This document shows, piece after piece, positions 28,460 through 32,840 of a DNA stretch of 32,840 nt. How positions within the stretch are numbered: position 1 is the first letter of the stretch; the number at the start of each line of letters is the position of its first letter. This DNA comes from Jimgerdemannia flammicorona (lineage: Eukaryota): contig RBNJ01000331.1 of assembly GCA_003990765.1 (NCBI GenBank), forward strand, positions 1 through 32,840, read 5' to 3'. Under the pieces are notes generated by a model. It ran no database searches. It worked only from the letters and a program-made list of their open reading frames with translations, and was not told the DNA's origin. A program made the position numbers and the translations under genes.

Positions 28460-29945
28460 TAAAGAGGTGGTGGAGATGTATGGCATGTTAAAGCTATAGT
28501 AAAATACAGATTGGCGGCTGAGCACACAGGACTCGCGCATGTTGTCAATGAGGCGATTGAGTCACTCCCGAGGAGGAAGACGCGTGTTTTCCTTCATGGC
28601 CAATTATGATTTGTGGATGAAACTCTCACTACATGTTGTGATGCCTAGTGCCGCCGAGCATGTCCGACATCACCAAGTATGGTACAGATATGTATTTTCA
28701 GTGTCATTCGCGGTGACACCATGCAACAGATCTTTGCAATCGGGACATCGGAATAATGGGGCATTTATATCGTTTAAGCTGGTTGCAGCGTACGACCCTA
28801 TTTCTTAAGCTACATGCAGCCAAAAAAAAAAAAAAAGTGTACATTGATCGCATCATCCGTCACTCTCTCGACCATCAATGCTTCCTTTTGGTTGGAGTAT
28901 CGAAGGACCACGGAATTATGGCAGCACGGGGTGGTGACTTTGGACCGCCCCCTGTCAGCTCTGTGAACAGCTCCTCCTCCATCTTTGGTATGTGACAACT
29001 ATTGACGACTGGCGCGCAATCCCTTACCATTTTCTAAATAATTCATGTTAGTATAGACATATTCATTCTTTCCCTTTCAAGTGCAAAAAACATAATAGAG
29101 AATAACTCACTTTCATTTGCCAAATGCTTTTCAATAACTTGAAAAGATCTCGTAAGTTTTCCACGACGATGGGGACTTCGCGTAGCTCATCTCGTTCGAG
29201 AAGACATACATAGCCATCTGGATGGCTCATTTGCAGAACTTGGCACTTAAGTCCTGTGTTTGAGAATAGTTTCAATGCTTATGTTACCATTTTTAGTACT
29301 CAACCATATCTATAGATGTAACTTGCAGTGATCCAATTATAACCTTTAATGAGTGAACTGCTCAGAGCACTAACAATTATGCAGAAACTTTTTGTACTTG
29401 TGTAACTTACCTGAGTTCACCAACCCAACTACCTGTAGCTTCTTCACCAATGAACCTTGGTGATCCACAAGCACTTCAAGATGGAACAGTATATTGTGAA
29501 GGGTCTTTACCAGCTTAAGGTTGTCAGTAAGCCACTTTGTTGACTTCATACCTTGAAAGCTCTTTGCAACCTCAACTGTACCATACTCATAATATGCATC
29601 AGTATCAGTTTTTACAATTGTGTCTAGCCATTGACCAATCTTCAAATGATCTTTCTTTTCCATTCTCACTCTTTTCCTATTTTTTCTCATTGTTGTTATA
29701 AGAGAAGATAACTCCTTACTATATATAAGATGATCAAGATATTAGATGTATGAGTACAAACACTAACAAAATGATCAGAGAACATATATCATACAGTTTC
29801 CATATTGCAAAGCATAATCAACAATGAAAGACTAGATATTTAAATTATATCAGCCCTCTAGATATGATTTTTAAAGAAGTTGGTCAGAACTCTCAAATAG
29901 TGGAAGTCTATATTAAAGAAAAAAGAAGGTCATTATATTATAGAG

Positions 29946-30006
<61 letters not shown>
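29946..30006. repeat. ~61-nt poly(A) run followed by (GA)n
   Basis: Directly visible. Confidence 0.9.
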
Positions 30007-30009
<3 letters not shown>

Positions 30010-30817
30010 AGAGAGAGAGATATACATTTTGTATATAATTAGATTGACTTACTCAGCATCATAATGTTTCTTATGATTATATGGTTTATTATTTAATTAA
30101 TAAGAGATCATCTCTAGAATCTCTCAGAGCCCAGATATTATTGTCACCTATATTTTTTTAGAAACATAAATATCTGCACCAGGAGAAAGAAAAGAGAAAA
30201 TATATTAATCCACCCTAGCAAATCTTGATATCAACTTCACTATTTATATATAAAGCTATAGTAGAAATAATGTTTAACTACTGATCTCTTTCCAATCTAC
30301 TAGAGAGAACAGAGACATAACTTCATGATTATTGAGATAAATGACCTACAAATAGACTAGTGACTTTATACTTATGTTTTTATATTTTTTAAAAATTACA
30401 TCCTCTACTATCATTCCACTAGAGAGTACTTATTTTCAGATAGAATCTATATCTTTGTAGGTCTTTAGAAAAGAAGCTTTAGCCTCAAAAGAGTTATCAT
30501 TTTTATTCATTGAAGACTCATCTATATCATCCTTCTCATTCTCATTATAAGCTTCATATTTACTATCTTCATCTTTTTTATAATCACTATTGATCTTGTC
30601 TATATAAGGAAGTAAATTAAATTATAGAATTTTCAAAAAGATCTAGTAATATATAAAACTTATCTCAAGGTGGACATAGTATCAATATCATCTTTATAGT
30701 CTTAATATGAATCAAACTCAATTCTATTTAAATATAAATAGAAGTTCTAATTATAATAAAAGGTATACTAACCTCTCTATATAACTTTCTTTTCTCTTAC
30801 TAGTCAGAACTCTCTAA

Positions 30818-31336
30818 ATAGTACTCTGAATAAGCTGATCTCATCTGGATTGATTTAAATCAACCATTGTTTTAATTTCCAAATTAGATAATTAAATATT
30901 TATATTAATAACTTGATAAATAATCATCCAATTTTAATTATCTTGGTATTATTTAAAAACCCTTAATAAGGCCTTTCTAATGATACTAAAAATATTGAAA
31001 TTAAATTATATATTGCTGAGTTATTAAGAAAAACATCTGACTTGCCAATTTTGGAATTTATTGACTTATCAATTTTGGAAATTTCTTCAAAAGAATATTT
31101 TCATTAAAAGCTCAGATCTGATTTTAATGGTCTTGATATCATTATAAAGACCCTATTAAGATCTTTCAAATGACACCAAGATTATCAAAATTGGATAATT
31201 ATTTATTGAGTTATTAATATAAATATTTAATTATCTAATTTAGAAATTAAAATAATAGTTGATTTGAATTAATCTGGATAGGATTTAAATCTTATCTAAA
31301 TCCATCTAGATTAAATTGACTCATTCAGAGTACTAT
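30818..31336. mobile_element. MITE/foldback-like non-autonomous element with long terminal inverted repeats
   Basis: The termini ATAGTACTCTGAAT (30818-30831) and ATTCAGAGTACTAT (31323-31336) are exact reverse complements. Arms at ~30860-30985 and ~31135-31262 align in inverted orientation, including a perfect 32-mer AAATTAGATAATTAAATATTTATATTAATAAC. There is no ORF. Confidence 0.8.
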
Positions 31337-32840
31337 CTTTAAGTATTTCTCAAAAATGAAATAAACTAAAAATCTAGTCAATTTGTACTATACTAATCTT
31401 TGGCAAGTTAGTGATCAGGCTGAGTATAAAAGTTATAGAATATTTGTACTATTTCTTGATCAAAATTCTTCTAGTCCTTTCTACAATTCTCATCACATTG
31501 AGTTGATGAAGAGTCTTGAACATCAGGTAAGCTAAGAACTCATCTATATACTCTAATACTGGTTTTGTGACTCAATAAAGAGTCTTGAATGACAAGAAGC
31601 TAGAAGCTCTCTATCATACTACTATTTCTCTAAGTTTCAGACAAAAAGAAGCTTACTTTTCTATATCTATCAAGAAAGAGCTTCACTCTTTTATATCTTT
31701 TATCTCATTTATACTTCATAATATTCTTAAGAGATTTGAAATATTTATCTATTTTTAGCTTAAATGGCTCTATATTACATTTATTTAGGAATCTGAATAT
31801 ATCTTATTTTGTAGGTATATAATCAAAATATTTATATATTCTTTTTCTGAATATGAACTAGAAGGATAAAATGAGTTATCACTATATTAGATCAGGAGTA
31901 AAATGTCCATTATGAGTAAAAAGAAAGAAAATACTAGTGAGAAAAAACATAAAAGAAAGATATACATACTATATAATCTAATTAATTATCAATAGTATAG
32001 TATAAAACTTATATTAAATAGGAGAATTAATGGAAATAAAAGATGGGTATATTATAGATATGAAAAAAATAAGTAAAAGTTTTTTTCTATTAATAATATT
32101 ATTATCATACAATACTCTTGATTTTTAAAACTATATTTTACCTAATTATACTTCTAGCAGATATATCAAATATAAAAAGATTACTTATAAAAGTACTATT
32201 ATATAGTTCTAGAAGGATTTTTTTGAAAGTTCTAGATATTCTGGAAGACTATTTTCTTAAGGTTAAGATCAATTTCATATAGAGTATATCCTCTATACTT
32301 ATTGATTTTAAGATTGGATTGATATTTCAACTAAAGTTCTTTTTTGGACTTATTTTGGATATTCAGAATTTGAAAGTTCAAGAAACTAAGACCAGCTTAG
32401 TTGAATTGACATATTACTATAGACAATACCTAATTAGGAAATTACATGATATAGTTAGGAGTGAGATCTAATAGGGTACAGATTTACTTAAGAGTGATTT
32501 GTGGATTATTAAATAAAAGTAGTTATGTGAAGAAATATTATAGAGAAGTATTCAGGAGTATATTCAAATTATTCAAGTCTGAGTTTCTGAGATCTGAAGA
32601 AGAGAGTATTTATACTAATGGAGGGCTATCTAGACTATGCTAAATATAGATATAGTACTTAGTATATTGCTGAGTTAGAATATAGTCATATAGTATAAGT
32701 GTGAACTGATATATTAAAAGATTACCTGACTGCTGAGTCAGTATATAGTTATATCATATAAGACTAATCTAACCATACTAATAACTGTTAAGCTATCTAT
32801 AGATTTAGATACTGTCTGAGTAGTTTTTTTTTTTTTTTTT

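Larger units (their letters stand above)
28875..31910 (-). pseudogene. Decaying gene for a PD-(D/E)xK restriction-endonuclease-fold protein (Crinkler CR-REase-like family expanded in Mucoromycota)
   Basis: The 3' exons are still readable: ~29716-29411 (RKNRKR...IGQWLDTIVK...EYGTVEVAK...KWLTDNLKL), 29253-29111, and 29033-28875 (...PWSFDTPTKRKH*), with GTAAGT/GTGAGT donors. Upstream of ~29720 the frame is full of stops. The 5' limit is a guess from a remnant ATG at ~31910. Confidence 0.6.
29201..32840. other. AT-rich, CpG-depleted (deaminated) region
   Basis: I saw no CG dinucleotide by eye after ~29198. TA/TAG/CTA are abundant and long ORFs disappear. Confidence 0.85.

Noticed and set aside
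29946..30006. Poly(A) run as a retrotransposon tail
   Set aside because: No adjacent RT remnant or target-site duplication was seen. Long homopolymers recur in introns and at both window ends, consistent with intronic tracts or assembly inflation.
29201..32840. AT-rich region as endobacterial (Mollicutes-like) or mitochondrial insertion
   Set aside because: It is continuous with a spliceosomal-intron-containing gene, TAA/TAG stops occur in all frames, and the inverted arms show transition decay. Mutated nuclear DNA explains it better.

Overview
Eukaryotic, intron-rich genomic DNA. An early-diverging fungus (Mucoromycota-like) is inferred from the gene content and the short GT-AG introns of about 75-140 nt; the taxon is not proven. 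Manual splicing of the ORF fragments gives four apparently intact genes and one decayed region. (1) A 3-KH-domain hnRNP-K/Rnc1/Hek2-type RNA-binding protein on the minus strand. (2) A giant 13-exon, ~5,140-aa RNF213/mysterin-like protein on the minus strand, with an N-terminal CBM20, a dynein-like AAA+ core, a C-terminal RZ finger and no recognisable RING. (3) Head-to-head with it, 548 bp between start codons, a 386-aa protein with an unusual C3HC4 RING + ubiquitin-like + TerD architecture. (4) A multi-exon homologue of gamma-secretase-activating protein (GSAP/pigeon). (5) From ~29.2 kb onward, an AT-rich, CpG-free zone holding a decaying PD-(D/E)xK/CR-REase-like gene and a MITE-like inverted-repeat element. 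The best candidate for a new system is the divergent pair: a RING-less RNF213 and a RING-UBL-TerD partner, possibly a fungal cell-autonomous ubiquitin-based defence module. Homology calls are from motif recognition by eye; no searches were run.
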